DNA from: the human T2T-CHM13v2.0 reference genome, Homo sapiens
Direction: 5' to 3' (one strand)
Assembly: GCF_009914755.1 (NCBI RefSeq)
Contig: NC_060947.1
DNA length: 64,000 nucleotides
Shown here: piece after piece, positions 47,126 to 60,530 of the stretch
Layout of the letters: every line of letters begins with the position of its first letter
Numbering within the stretch: the stretch's first letter is position 1
Made by a program: the position numbers and the translations under genes
Notes under the pieces: model-generated
Database searches by the model: none
What the model was told of the DNA's origin: nothing
Seen by the model: the letters and a program-made list of their open reading frames with translations, nothing else

Positions 47126-50100
47126 GTACAAAAGAAGAACTTTTGAAACAAATGTTAATGGAAACCAAACATATCAAAATCAATGGTATACCACAAAAGT
47201 AGTACAAAGAGGGAAGTTTATAGGTGTAAGTGCCTACATTAAAAAAGGAGGACAAACCTCAAAATAAACAATCTGACAGTGTGTCTTAAAGTACTAGAAG
47301 AGCAAGCGCCAACCAAACCCAAAATTAGAAGAAAAGAAATAATAAAAATCAGAGCAGAAATAAATGAATTTGAAATAAAAAACAATACAAAAGATCAATG
47401 AAATAAAAAGGTTGTTTTTTGAAAAGTTTAACAAAGTTGACAAACTAGCCAGACTAAACAAGAAAAAAAGAGAGAAGAACCAATAAATAAAATCAGAGAT
47501 GAAAAAGTAGACATTACAACTGTTATTGCAGAAATTCAAAGGACCATTACTGGCTACTGTGTGAAACTATATGGCAATAAACTAGAAAATCTGGAAGACA
47601 TGGACAAATTCCTAGATACAAAAAACCTGCCAATATTGAACCAGAAAGAAATCCAAAACCTGAACAGACCAATAACAAGTAATGAGATTGAAGCCATAAC
47701 AAAAATCTTCAAGTAAATAAAAGCCCAGGATCTGATGGCTTCATTGCTAAATTCTACCAAACATTTAAAGAATAACTAATACCAATCCTACAAACGCTAT
47801 TCTAAAAAATAAAGGAGGGAATACTTTCAAACTAATTCTATGAGTCTAGTGTTACTATGATACAAAAGCCAGAAAAACACACCAAGAAGAAAACCCTGCA
47901 GGTCAAAATCTCATGAATATTCATGGAAAAAACCTCAAGAAAATACTAGAAAACTGAATTAAACAATACACTAGAAAGATTATTGATCATAATCAAGTGG
48001 GATTTATCCCTTAGATGCAAGGATTGTTTAATATACACAGATCAATCAGTGTAATAGAGCATATCACAGAATACATGATAAGAACCATATGATCATTTCA
48101 ATTGATGCTGGAGAAGCATTCGATAAATTTCAACATCCTTTCATGACAAAAACCATCAAAAAACTGGGTATAAAAGGAACATACCTCAATATAAAATCCA
48201 TATATGACAGACCCACTTCAAGTATCATACTGAATGGGGAAAAACTAGAAGCCTTTGCTCTAAGATCTGGAACACAACAAAGATGTCAACTGTTACTATT
48301 GTTATTTCAATATAGTATTGAAAATCTTGGCTAGAACAATCAAAAAACAGATATTGCATCCATCAAAATTGGAATGGAAGAAGTCAAATTATCATTGTTT
48401 GCAAATGGTATAATCTATATTAGAAAAAAACCTAAAGACTCCACAAAAAAACTATTGGACATGACAAACAAATTAAGTAAAGTTGCAGGATAGAAAATTA
48501 GTATACAAAAATCAGTAGCATTTCTATATGCCAACAGTGAAAAATGTAAAAAAAAATGTTTAAAAAGTAATTCTATTTACAATGGCCACACATAAAAGTA
48601 TCTGGTAATTAATCAAGTAAGTGAAATATCTCTATAATAAAAAACATAAATCAGTGATAAAAAAATTGAATAGGACACCTAAAAATGGAAAACTATGCTA
48701 TGATTGTGAATTGGAAGAATAAATATTGTTAAAATGTTTATATTACCCAAAGCAATCTATAGATTCAATGCAATTCTTATAAAAATATCAATGACATTCT
48801 TCACAAAAATAGAAAAAGCTATCCTAAAATGTATAGGGAAACACAAAAGACCCAGAGCAGACAGAGTTATCTGATGCAAAAATAACAAAACTGGAGAAAT
48901 CAAATTACCTGATTTCAAATTATACTACAGAGGTATAGTAACCAAAACAGCATGGTACTGGCATAAAAAAGACACATAGACCAATAAAACAGAATAGAGA
49001 ACCCAGAAAGGGATCCATATACCAAGAACATACACTGCGGAGAGGAGGGTCTCTTCAATATAGGGTGCTAGAAAAAACTGTATATCCTCATACAGAAGAA
49101 TAAAACTACTCCTCCATCTCTCACCATACACAAAAATAAAATCAAAATAGATTGAAAACTTAAATATGAGACCTCAAATCATGAAACTACTATGGGGAAA
49201 CTTAGGGAAAAATCTTAAGGACATTGGTTGGGTCAAAAATTTCTTGAGCCATAATCCGCAAGCACAGGCACCCAAAGCAAAAATTGAAAAGTGGGATCAC
49301 ATTAAGTTAAAAAGCTTCTGTACGGCAAAGGATACAATCAACAAAGTGAAGAAATAACCCACAGAATAGGAGAAAATATTTGCACACTACTCATTTGACA
49401 AAGGATTAATAACCAGAATATATGAAGAGCTCCCACAACGATATAGGAAAAAAAGTCAAATAATATCATCAAAATTGGGCAAATAATTTGCACAGACATT
49501 TCTTCAAAGAAGACATACAAACGGCAACCAGGCATATGAAAATGTGCTTAACATCATTGATCATCAAAGAAATGCAAATCAAAACTGCAAAGAGATAGCA
49601 TCTTACCCCAATTAAAATGGCTTACATGCAAAAGGCAGGTTATAACAAATGCTAGCAAGGATGTGGAGAAAGGGCCACCCTTGTACACTGTTGATGGGAG
49701 TGTAAATTAGTACAACTACTATGCAGAACATCTTGGAAGTTCTACAGAAAACTAAAAATCCATATAATCTGGGTACCAATGCAGCTACCATATAATCAAG
49801 CATAGTGCTACCCAGCACTCCCACTGCTGGGTATGTACCCAAAAGAATGGAAATCAGTATATTGAAGAGATATCTGACCTTCTGTGTTTGTTGCAGCACT
49901 GTTTACAATAGCTAATATTTGGAAACAATCTAAATGTCCATCAACAGATGAATGGATAAAGAAAATATGGTCCATATATACAATTGGAGTACTATTCAGC
50001 CATAAAAATCATAAAATCCAGTTACTACAATAACATGGATGAAACTGGAGATTATAATATTAAGTAAAATAAGACAGGCTCAGAAAGACAAACATTGCAT

Positions 50101-50497
50101 GTTCTCAATTATTTGTGGAATTTAAAAATCGAAACAATTAAACTCTTGGACATAGTTGAAGGATGGTTACTAGAGACTGGGAAAGGTAGTGTGGTTCTGA
50201 GGGAAAGGTAGCGGTGGTTAACTGGTACAAAAAAATAGAAAGAATTTATAAGACCTGCTATTTGATAACACAACTGGATAACAATAGTCAATAATAACAA
50301 TACATTTTGAAATAATTTAAAGAGTGTAATTGGATTGTTTGTAACTCAAAAAATAAATACTTGAGGAGATGGATACCACATTCTCCATAATGTGCTTATT
50401 TCACATTGCATACCTGTATCAAAACATCTCATATACTCCATAAACACATACACCTACTATGTACCCATAACAACTAAAACTGAAAATAACAAATAAA
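47126..50497 (+). mobile_element. L1MA1-3-like element from ORF2 codon ~270 to the 3' end
   Basis: FETNVNGNQTYQN; [19 protein letters not shown] (ORF 48089..48334); 3' UTR ends cacctactatgtaccca plus an A-rich tail. Confidence 0.87.
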
Positions 50498-50744
50498 AAG
50501 AATAGGAAGAGACACCATAGACATCTCTCTTTCTCCATGCACACACAAAAAGAAAGGCGATGTGAGGACACAGTAAGGAGGCAGCCATTCACAAGCCAGG
50601 AATAGAAGCCTCAGCAGAAACCAACACTGCTGACACCATAATCTTGAACTTGTAGCCTCCATAACTTTGACAAAATAAATTTCTGTTGTTTATGTCGCAC
50701 AATCTGTGGTATCTTGTTATAGCATGGCCAAGCTCATTAATACA
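50498..50744 (+). mobile_element. 3' part of an MLT1A/B-like LTR
   Basis: gatgtgaggacacag...caagccagga...cagaaaccaac...aataaatttctgttgttt...taataca. Confidence 0.82.
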
Positions 50745-51039
50745 CAATCTCAAGTTGTTTTTATGCAGATGACTTGGACTATAAGAAACACTTCACTAGA
50801 TAAAGGGCTTATAGCTGGTTACTAATTTCAGACTCCATAAAGAGCTTTCTAAATATAGTTCTGAGATTATTGAAGGTTTTTTCAACATGAAATAAATCCA
50901 AACCTATAATTAGAAGTTATTAAGTCTCTGCTTCTAAATAAGGCTGATGTGCTAGATGCTGGTGATACAACTAAGAATGAAATTCATAATATTTAATAAG
51001 CATTATCTACCAACAACTCATAACAGATTTCTGACCAAT

Positions 51040-52810
51040 CAGAAGATATCTCAGATACTATGTTGCACTGGTGCATTTAAACCTAACGTTAGGGCTAAAT
51101 ACTACCATGAAACATACAGGCACAATACCTGTTCTCCAAGAACTTAACTCTAGAGAGGCATATAGAAAAGAAAGTAAGGAAATAGGTGATAACTATAGAA
51201 AGTAATAAGTACTATCACAAGTAAAGACAGAATGCTATGACAACACATAGGAATGCCCAATGAAAAATTAGGGGGGTGATATGAAGGGCATTCTGGGTTA
51301 AGTAACTTCTAAATTAAGAGCTATAAATCCACAAGTAAGATTTAGGTAACAACATATGTATGAGTATGTTGAACATAGAGATTGAGGAGTGTTTCTACAA
51401 AGAAAGGGAAACAGATGTGCAAAAGCCAGGAGGTAAAAGGGTTCAGGAAATATTTGGGCTTTTGAAAACAGTTAAGTATGCCAGAAGTATTCAATATAAG
51501 TAGATTAGTGAAAGAAGTTGAGGCTGGATTTTTTTAAACAGATCATTCATTGTCTTAGTCCGGTTTTACACTGCTATAAAGAACTTCCCTGAGACTGAGC
51601 CATTTATAAAGGAAAGAGGTTTAGTTAGTTGACTCACAGTTCCGCATGGCTGGGGAGGCCTCAGGAAACTGACAATCGTGGCAGAAGGGGAAGCAGGCAC
51701 TTTCTTCATAAGTTGACAGAAAAGAAAAGAGTGAAGAAGGAACTTTCAAACACTTAAAAAATTATCAGATATCATGAGAACTCACCCACTATTATGAGAA
51801 AAACACGGGCAAAACACCCACCCTGATCCAATCACCTCCCTCTTTGGACACATGGGAATTGTAGGTCCCTCCCTTGACATACAGGGAAAACAATTCGAGA
51901 TGAGATTTGACTGAGGACACAGAGCCAAACCATATCAATCATGTAAGGTCATGTTGTAGGTCATACTGGGTAGTTTTGCTTGTATTGTAAGTGCAATAGG
52001 AAATAACCAGTGAGTGAATGGCATAATCAAATTTTGTTTTGGGAAGATAATTTTTCTGCAGTGTGGATTAGAGTGGATCAGAACAGGGAAAATCTAGAGA
52101 CTACATTATCAGTTAGGAAACTGTTAAAAATCTAAGGATTTTATATTAGTCTGAACTAGAATAGTGGCAGTAAGGATAGAGAAAATTGATAGGTTCAGAA
52201 GATATTTAAGTAGGATAAGCTTTAGGAAGTAATTATTGGTATCAGAGTGGGTTGATAAGAGATAAGAAATTAGACAGTGCCTGGTTTTCCGATTTGAACA
52301 GGATGGGTGATAAGGCCATTGTCTGAGATAGAAACCCGAAGATAAAAAGATGTGAACAAGAGCAAAAGGGAAAGATAATGAATTTAGTTTGAGATATATG
52401 AGCTTTAAGTGACTGTGATTTATAAAAACAAATATATTCATCAGAAAGTTAAATATAGGAACCTGGAACTCAAGAGAAAGGATTGAACTGAAAATACAGG
52501 TGTAGATAGCATCAGTATATTGGATTAATAAAACCTGTGGAAGTGGCAGCAATTACCATCCTAAAACAATATTTAGAGAAGTTGTTCTTAATAATGTGTG
52601 GGTTATGAATCCTTTTTATGAAAACAATGGAATTCTCTCCCAAAAAATACATCTATGCAAATACATATATTTCAACTTGCTGACACCTGTATGGAATTTC
52701 TGAAACTCTGTACATGTTGGGAATTTGTGGAACCAAGCATAAGACCTCCTGATGTCAAGAGAAAAGAGAAGAGGTCCTAGAGTACAATTATAAAGCACAA
52801 CATTTGGTGT
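51040..52810 (-). mobile_element. L2 remnant interrupted by a THE1 LTR
   Basis: Purine-rich L2-like motifs throughout (ggaaacagatgtgcaaaagcc, gtaagtgcaataggaa, ctggaactcaagagaaagg). Confidence 0.62.
51551..51937 (-). mobile_element. THE1D/MSTA-like solo LTR
   Basis: TGTCTTAGTCC...GAGCCAAACCATATCA; TSD ttcat/atcat. Confidence 0.92.
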
Positions 52811-54074
52811 TTAGAATTTCTTATAAAAATGTTAAGAATTAGCCAGTAATATTCAATTGTGGACTATATGGGATCTTACATTTGAGTAAAATGCCACTAT
52901 AATCCTATTTAAACATTTTTAATTTATTTGACTGTCACAATCAAAGTTCAGAGGAAAAAAATGGAGAGATTTATGTTTATGTCCAGTTTATTTTAAGTCC
53001 AAAATATAAATATTATTTTTAACATGTATAGAATAATTAAAATGTATATTTTAATTTCCATGAGAACTACCTTCTTGTTAATCTCTGGCCTCAACCTGCT
53101 CTGTTCCAGCCTGTTGGATATTTTCTTTGAGATGTTTCCTTCTATCCAACCAACTCCCCAAATTCAGGTGTAAGCTTCATAAACTTGGAAATATGCAGGT
53201 GGCCTTTGAATTCTTGGCCCAAGAATACTAAATAAATTAAAAATCTCAGACAGTACCCATTATCAAATTGATTAAGCCAACTTATATGCAATGGCCTTGA
53301 CCTTTGAATGAACATGAAAAATGAAAATTCTGAATATAAAAAATATCATCTGTGAGAAAAAAGGGTACATTATAAATATGTCTTGGTGGATATAACTTTC
53401 TAAATTATAACTCTGGTAGTTTGCATGTGCAGTTAAATTTTTATGTGAAAATATTTTACTAGTATTACCAGGATAATTAAAAATGGCAAATTTTTGCATA
53501 AAGTTAATACCAAATGCCAAAAGACTAGAAAAGCTTAGATGGCACAAAAGTATAATAGGAATGGAAACCCCATGCATTTAAAACCTAGTGTTAATTTTGT
53601 AACATATATTGACTATTCCAGCATATTAAGTGGGCTGGGAAATCCATAGCAAGTTAACTCAGCATATTAGAGGTCAATACAAATAAGGTAATAGTCCAGG
53701 ACTCCCTTATCATGTAATTAGCGATCTTTTGTCTCATGTTCACAGAAATGTCTCCAATAGTGGCTAGCTAACATATAGACACTCACAAAAGGAAACGGAA
53801 TAATGATTTGAGTCAAACTTGCCACTGGTACTCCAAAAGCTACAATGCTCTAATGAAAATTGGTTAGTAGTGAGATAATTTATATACCAGTAGTCAGCAA
53901 GAATGACTCTCTGTTGTCTATTTATGTGCTCTTAAATGAGCAATCTAGTTATTATGGGACTGTACATTTTTTAAAAATAGGTCCAAAAGCCTTTTCCTCT
54001 AGAGTTTGTCACTTACCATATTTCCCTTGTATTTTCTCAGACTGTATGTTAGTTATAATATCATCACCTTCAAG

Positions 54075-54450
54075 TATCTGAAAATCTTGACTCAAACAGC
54101 CTCATTCAATAAGGGAATTTGTTATGCTACACAGCAAGGAGTTTTGTGGTAAAGTATGTTTTAGAGTTGGTCAATTGAGCAGATCACCAATGTCATCAAA
54201 AACCTAGTTTCTATCTCTATATTCTGTTACTTTACTTGTTTTTCTTTGCCTTTAGTCTGGCTTTATTCGTGGTTGCAAGATGGTCACTGCATGAGTGTCA
54301 AGGATTGCAAACAGATATAAAGATTTCTACTAGATGAAATTAAACTGCCTTTTCTGAAATGAGAAAAATTTTCCTGGAAACCATCCCTCACATTTCATTT
54401 GCATTAACTGAATGATATGCTTACCCCTAAATTAATTAACAGCAAAATAA
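54075..54450. mobile_element. Possible very old ERVL LTR fragment (LTR33-like); a similar stretch lies at 57505-57920
   Basis: aataagggaatttgtt...caatgtcatcaa...ggttgcaagatgg motifs; weak. Confidence 0.4.
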
Positions 54451-55349
54451 CCTGAACAAGGACTTAATGCAACAATGATTTAGACTTAGAGCTCCAGATA
54501 TGGTTTGATTATCCTATGTTATATGGAGGAAGGATGGGTGATAAAGTTTGAATGTTAGTCCCTTCCCAAATCTCATGTTCAGTTGTAATTCCCAATATTG
54601 GATGTGTGGGACCTGGTGGGAGATGTTTTGGTCATGGTTGCAGATCCCTCATGAAAGGCATGATCCTTCTCCTTGGTGATAAGTGAGCTCTTGCTCTGAG
54701 TTTGCACAGGATCTCGCATTTAAAAGTGTGTGGCACCTTGTTCCACACTCTCTCTCTTGGTTTTGCTTTTTCCATATGAAGTACCTGCTCGTGCTTCACC
54801 TTCTGCCCTGGTTGGAAGTTTCTTGAAGCCTCATTCAGAAGCAGATTCTGTTATGATTTCTGTGCCACCTACAGAACCATGAATCAATTAAATCTATTTT
54901 CTTATAAATTACTTAGTCTCAGATATTTCTTTATAGCAATGCAAGAATGCTATAAATATGGAAATATAGAAAATTTGGAAATACTATATGGAAAATTGAT
55001 ACCAAATAGTGGGGCATTGCTATAAAGATATATGAGAATGTGGGTGTGACATTAGAACTGGGTAACAAGCAGAAGTTAGAAGAGTTTGGAGGGCTCAGAA
55101 GAAGACAGGAAGATGAGGGAAAATGGAATTTTTTATAGACTGGTTAAAAAGTTGTAACAAAAATGCGTTAATTTTTAATGCAAGTTTGTACTTGAGATGG
55201 ATGAGACCTAGGGTATCTGGTGGAAAAAAATTCTAAGCAGCAAAGCATTCTGCTTTGCTTCTTCTAACAACCTATTCTCAGATGTGGGAGTAAAGAAATG
55301 TCTTAAAGCTGGAACTTATATTTAAAATAGAAGTACAGTATATAAGTTT

Positions 55350-55650
55350 TGTTTGTTTGTTTGTTTTTGAGATGGAATTTCACTCTTGTTGCCCAGGCTG
55401 GAGTGAAATGGTGTGATCTCAGCTCACTGCAACCTCCACTTCCCGGGTTCAAATGATTCTCCTGCCTCAGCCTCCTGAGTAGCTGGGATTACAGGTATGC
55501 ACCACCATGCCCAGCTAATTTTGTATTTTTAGTAGTGATGGGGTTTCTCTATGTTGGTCAGGCTGGTCTCAAACTCCCAACCTCAGGTGATACACCCATC
55601 TCAGCCTCCCAAAGTGCTAGGATTACAGGCGTGAGCCACCACGCCTGGTC
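55350..55650 (-). mobile_element. AluSp-like
   Basis: ctcttgttgccc, ctaattttgtattttt, atgttggtcagg; TSD core atataagttt. Confidence 0.94.
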
Positions 55651-56870
55651 CACCATATAAGTTTGAAAAGTATGCACCTTGGCCCCTGGCCATGTGGAAA
55701 AAAAAAATCTCATTTTCAGGAAAAGAGTCCAAACAGGCTGTGCAGCAACCACTTGCTAGAAAAATTTGGGTGACTAAAAGGGAGCCAAGTGTTGATAGCC
55801 AACACAATGGGGGAAAAGGCCTAGAAAGCATTTCAGAGAACTTCGCAGCCCCTCTCATTACTGGCACAGAGACCTATGAGGAAAGAATGGTTTTGTTGTC
55901 CAGGTCCAGGGTCCTACTCATTTGTGCAGCCTCATAACACTGCTTCCCACATCTCACCTACTCTAGCCATAGCTCAAAGGGGCCCAGGTACAGCTCAGGC
56001 TGCCACTTTGAAGAATGCTTCTTTGTGGTGTCAAGCCTGTACATGTGCATAATGCAAAGGTGAAGAATGCATGGTAGCCTCTACCTAGATTTCATAGGAT
56101 GTTTAGAAAATCCTGGGTGCCCATGCAGAAGCTTGCTGCAGGGGTGGAGCCCCCAGAGAGAACCACTCCTAGGGCAGCCTGAAGGGGAAATGTTTTGTTG
56201 GAGCCCCTTCACAAAGTCCCCACTGGGACAGTGCCTAGTGGAGCTGTGAGAAGGGGGCCACTGTTCTCCAGACTCAAGAATGATAGAGCCATTGGCAGCT
56301 TTCATTGTGCCTGGAAAACCTGTAGGCACTCAACAACCACAAAGCCACAGGGGTAGAGTTGCCCAAGGCCTTGGGAGCCCACCTCTCAATTGTGTGGGGC
56401 CTGTAGCCCCTTTTCTTTGGCTGATTTCTACCTTTTGGATGACAATGTTTTTCTAATGCCTATACCACCATTGTATCTCAGAAGTGACTAAATTGTTTTT
56501 GGTTTTACAGGCTCATAGATAGAAGGTATTTGCTTTGTCTCAGATGAGACTTAGTACTTTTGAGTTAATGTTTGAAGGAATTAAGACTATCAAGGACTGT
56601 TGGAAATGTAAAATTCTATTTTGCAATATGAGAAAGACATGATATTTTAGAGGAACCAGAGGCAGAATGATATAATTTGGATATTTGTCCCCACTCAAAT
56701 CCCATGTGGAATTGTAATCCTCAGTGTTGAAGATACGGTCTTTTAGGAGGTGTTTGGATCATGGAGGTGGATCTCTCAGGAATGGCTTGGGCCATCTCTT
56801 TGGTGATAAGTGAGCTCTCACTTTGAGTTCAAACGTGATCTGGTGATTTAACAGTGCGTGACATCTCTGC

Positions 56871-56908
<38 letters not shown>
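56871..56908. repeat. Compound (CT)n(CA)n microsatellite in the 3' LTR
   Basis: Direct reading. Confidence 0.93.
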
Positions 56909-57977
56909 TTCTTGCTTTTGCCATGTGAAGTGCCTGTTCCTGCTTAGCTTTCCACCATGATTGGCAGCTTCATGAAACCTTTCAAAAAGCAGATGCCACT
57001 ACGCTTGCTGTACAGCCTGCAGAACTAGGAGCCAATTAAATATTTTTTCTTACAAATTATGTAGTTTCAGGTATTTATTTATAGCAGTGTAAGAATGGCC
57101 TAATACAATGGACAACAGAACAAAATGATAGCCCTTCCAGTAGAAATAAATAGAGAAATGGATACTGGTAAGGAACCAATTACATGTACTATGAACTTTA
57201 AGCTCCATAAAGATCATTTTTAATGTTAAATTATTAGCATCTAGTATAATGTCTGTCATAAAGTAGATTCTCAATAAATACTTTTTGAATCAATGACCAA
57301 ATATACCTGAGGAGCAACTAACTCTGAATGATGAAGAAAGAAAAGGCTTCAAAAAGAAAGACATCTTAGATGTGGTTCTGATTTTAAAAAATGGTATAAA
57401 AAATGGAAAGAGAAGAAGGTTATTTTATATGAAATGAAAGACACTGGAAAAAAAACAGTCATAAGCTGGCATAGACAGTTGAAACAGTTACTGCTACTTT
57501 CTTTAAAAATGTAGCAGAAAACACCATTAACAATGGCTTAAATTATAGGAACGTTATTGTTTTATTAATGAGATTTCCGGAAAGTTTATGATTGATTTAG
57601 TGGATTAGCAGTACCATCCAGCTCTTTTAGTTTTTCTGCTGAGTTGTCTTAACATTGGCAATAGGTCCCCTGATTTGGCCACAATGGCTGCTGCACTTTC
57701 AAGTATCATGTCATCATATTAAAATGCACAATGCAGAAAGAAAGCCTATTTTCTTTGTGGTAAAAGCCCATTCATGGACTTTCAGTGTCCATTTAAAGAA
57801 AAACACTAGACTCCACCCAGAAGTATTGTTCTTATTTATCATTTGCGCGAACTAGGTCAGGTGGGCACATTTAGCTTCAAGGAGGACTTAGAAAGTGTGT
57901 ACATGGCATTCTTAGCTTCTACAGTGATGACAGGCAAGGAATCAACAGGCAGAAAAAAAAATGTGGAGTAGGTAATT

Positions 57978-59625
57978 ATATTAGTCTATTTGGTGCTGCT
58001 ATAAAGGAATACCCAAGGCTGGGTAATTTTTAGAAAATAAATTTGTTTGGTTCATGGTTCTACAGGCTGTTCAAAAAGAATGGCACCAGCATCTGCTTTT
58101 GGTGAGGGCTTCTGGAAGCTTACAATTACACTGGAAAGCATGCATGCATGTCACATGATGAGACAGGGAACAAAAGGGAAGGGGAAGAGTGCCAGACTCT
58201 TCTTAATAACCAACTCTTGGCTCACGCCTGTAATCCCAGCACTTTGGGAGGCTGAGGCAGGCGGATCACGAGGTCAGGAGGTCGAGACCATCCTGGCTAA
58301 CATGGTGAAACCCCGTCTCTATGAAGAATACAAAAAATTAGCCTGGCGTGGTGGCCGGCGCCTTTAGTCCCAGCTACTCGGGAGGCTGAGGCAAGAGAAT
58401 GGCGTTAACCCGGGAGGCGGAGCTTGCAGTGAGCCGAGATTGCGCCCCTGCACCACAGCCTGGGCGACAGCGCAAGAAGACTCTGTCTCAAAAAAAAAAA
58501 ACAAAAAAAAAAAACCCAACTCTTGCATTAACTAATAGAGTGAGAACTCACTGATTATGATGCAGAAGGCACCAGGGCATTCATGAAAGATACGTGTACA
58601 TGACCTAAATATCTCCCACTAGACCGCACCTCTAACATTGGGGGTAAATTCAATCTTAAAGCTCCAAAATAATTCTTGACACTGTTTCCCATATGCTGGG
58701 CACACTGTTGTGAGGGGCGTTCTCCAAAGACCTTGGGCAGCTTTGCCCTCATGGCTCTGTTGGGTGTAGCCCACGTGGTTGCTCTCAAGCATTGGAGTAC
58801 AATGCTTGCAGCTTTTCCCGGCTGAGGGTGCATGCTGCCGATTGCTGTAAAATTCTGGGAACTGAAAGGTGGTAGCCCCATTCCCACATCTCTATTAGGC
58901 AGTGCTTCATTGGGAACTCTGTATGGGGGCTCCAATCCCACATTTTTTCCTTAGCACTGTCCTAGTAGAGCTTCTCTGTAAAGGTTTTTTTCCTGTGGCA
59001 GGCTTCTGCCTGGGGGTACTCAGGCTTTCCAATACATCCTCTAAAATCTAGGTGGAAGCCACCAAACCTTCTTTACAATCGCATTCTGTGTGCCTGCAAA
59101 CTTAACACCAAGTGAAATTCACAAAGCCTACAGTTTGCACCCTCCGGAGTGGCAGCCCAGGATATACCTGCAGTCCTTCAAGCCTTGGCTGGAGCTGGAG
59201 TAGCTGGGATGCAGGGAGCAGAATCCTGAGGTGGCATAGGTTAACGGCACCCTGTTTATGACCCCCCGAAATGAATCTGTCCTTTTAGGCCTCTGGGCCT
59301 TCATGGGAGGAAAATCCTGGAAGGTTTTTGGAAAAGATTTCAAGGCCTTCTCCCTACTGTATTCAATATTAGCATCTGGCTCACTTTTAGTCATGCTAAT
59401 CTCTCTCATAAGAGGTTACCCTGCCTCCCCCTTGTATTTGAAAAGACTATTTTCTTCCCTACTACACAGCCAGACTGGAAAATTTTTGAACTTTTATGCC
59501 CTGCTTTACTTTTAAATATAAGTTCCACCTTTAAGTCATTCTTTTGCTCACCTTTCTATTCCTAGGCCATCAAAAGCAGCCAAACCATTTCTTGAATGCT
59601 TTGCTGCTTAGAAATTCCTTCCTCC
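57978..59625 (-). mobile_element. Second MaLR provirus (MST-type): 3' LTR ~57978-58652 joined by a deletion to the internal region 58653-59625; interrupted by AluY and L1
   Basis: ttagtctatttggtgctgctataaagga LTR end; internal motifs ccaaagaccttgggcagct and gaatgctttgctgcttagaaatt. Confidence 0.87.
58219..58510 (+). mobile_element. AluY, ~12 nt 5'-truncated
   Basis: AluY diagnostics, CpG-rich; TSD aataaccaactctt/aaaacccaactctt. Confidence 0.95.
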
Positions 59626-60530
59626 ATTTCCTTGTCTGTAAAGTATTTTATTTCTCCTTCACTTATGAAGCTTAGTTTGGCTGGATATGAAATTCTGGGT
59701 TGAAAATTCTTTTCTTTAAGAATGTTGAATATTGGCCCCCACTCTCTTCTGGCTTGTAGGGTTTCTGCTGAGAGATCCGCTGTTAGTCTGATGGGCTTCC
59801 CTTTGAGGGTAACCCGACCTTTCTCTCTGGCTGCCCTTAACATTTTTTCCTTCATTTCAACTTTGGTGAATCTGACAATTATGTGTCTTGGAGTTGCTCT
59901 TCTCGAGGAGTATCTTTGTGGCGTTCTCTGTATTTCCTGAATCTGAACGTTGGCCTGCCTTGCTAGATTGGGGAAATTCTCCTGGATAATATCCTGCAGA
60001 GTGTTTTCCAACTTGGTTCCATTCTCCCCATCACTTTCAGGTACACCAATCAGACATAGATTTGGTCTTTTCACATAGTCCCATATTTCTTGGAGGCTTT
60101 GCTCATTTCTTTTTATTCTTTTTTCTCTAAACTTCCCTTCTCGCTTCATTTCATTCATTTCCTCTTCCATTGCTGATACCCTTTCTTCCAGTTGATCGCA
60201 TCAGCTCCTGAGGCTTCTGCATTCTTCACGTAGTTCTCGAGCCTTGGTTTTCAGCTCCATCTGCTCCTTTAAGCACTTCTCTGTATTGGTTATTCTAGTT
60301 ATACATTCTTCTAAACTTTTTTCAAAGTTTTCAACTTCTTTGCCTTTGGTTTGAATGTCCTCCCGTAGCTCAGAGTAATTTGATCGTCTGAAGCCTTCTT
60401 CTCTCAGCTCATCAAAGTCATTCTCCGTCCAGCTTTGTTCCGTTGCTGGTGAGGAACTGCATTCCTTTGGAGGAGGAGAGGCGCTCTGCTTTTTAGAGTT
60501 TCCAGTTTTTCTGTTCTGTTTTTTCCCCAT
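59626..60530 (-). pseudogene. L1 ORF1p, codons 1 to ~302, with a nonsense codon at position 110
   Basis: MGKKQNRKTGNSK...RSLRS* (TGA at 60201-60203, normally CGA); the frame continues to EGEIKYFTDK. Confidence 0.95.

Larger units (their letters stand above)
54539..57107 (+). mobile_element. Two-LTR MaLR provirus (MSTB-like): 5' LTR 54539-~54955, internal region, 3' LTR 56668-57107
   Basis: Both LTRs start TGATA and the 3' LTR ends TAATACA. Internal motif ttctaagcagcaaagcattc; purine tract before the 3' LTR; TSD atggg/atgga. Confidence 0.92.

Noticed and set aside
53292-53307. TGGCCTTGACCTTTG nuclear-receptor-like direct repeat
   Set aside because: A short motif expected by chance, with no supporting context.
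52124-53577. Hydrophobic ORFs 52124..52552 and 53272..53577
   Set aside because: AT-rich compositional ORFs, the first within an L2 remnant; no domain or convincing exon structure.
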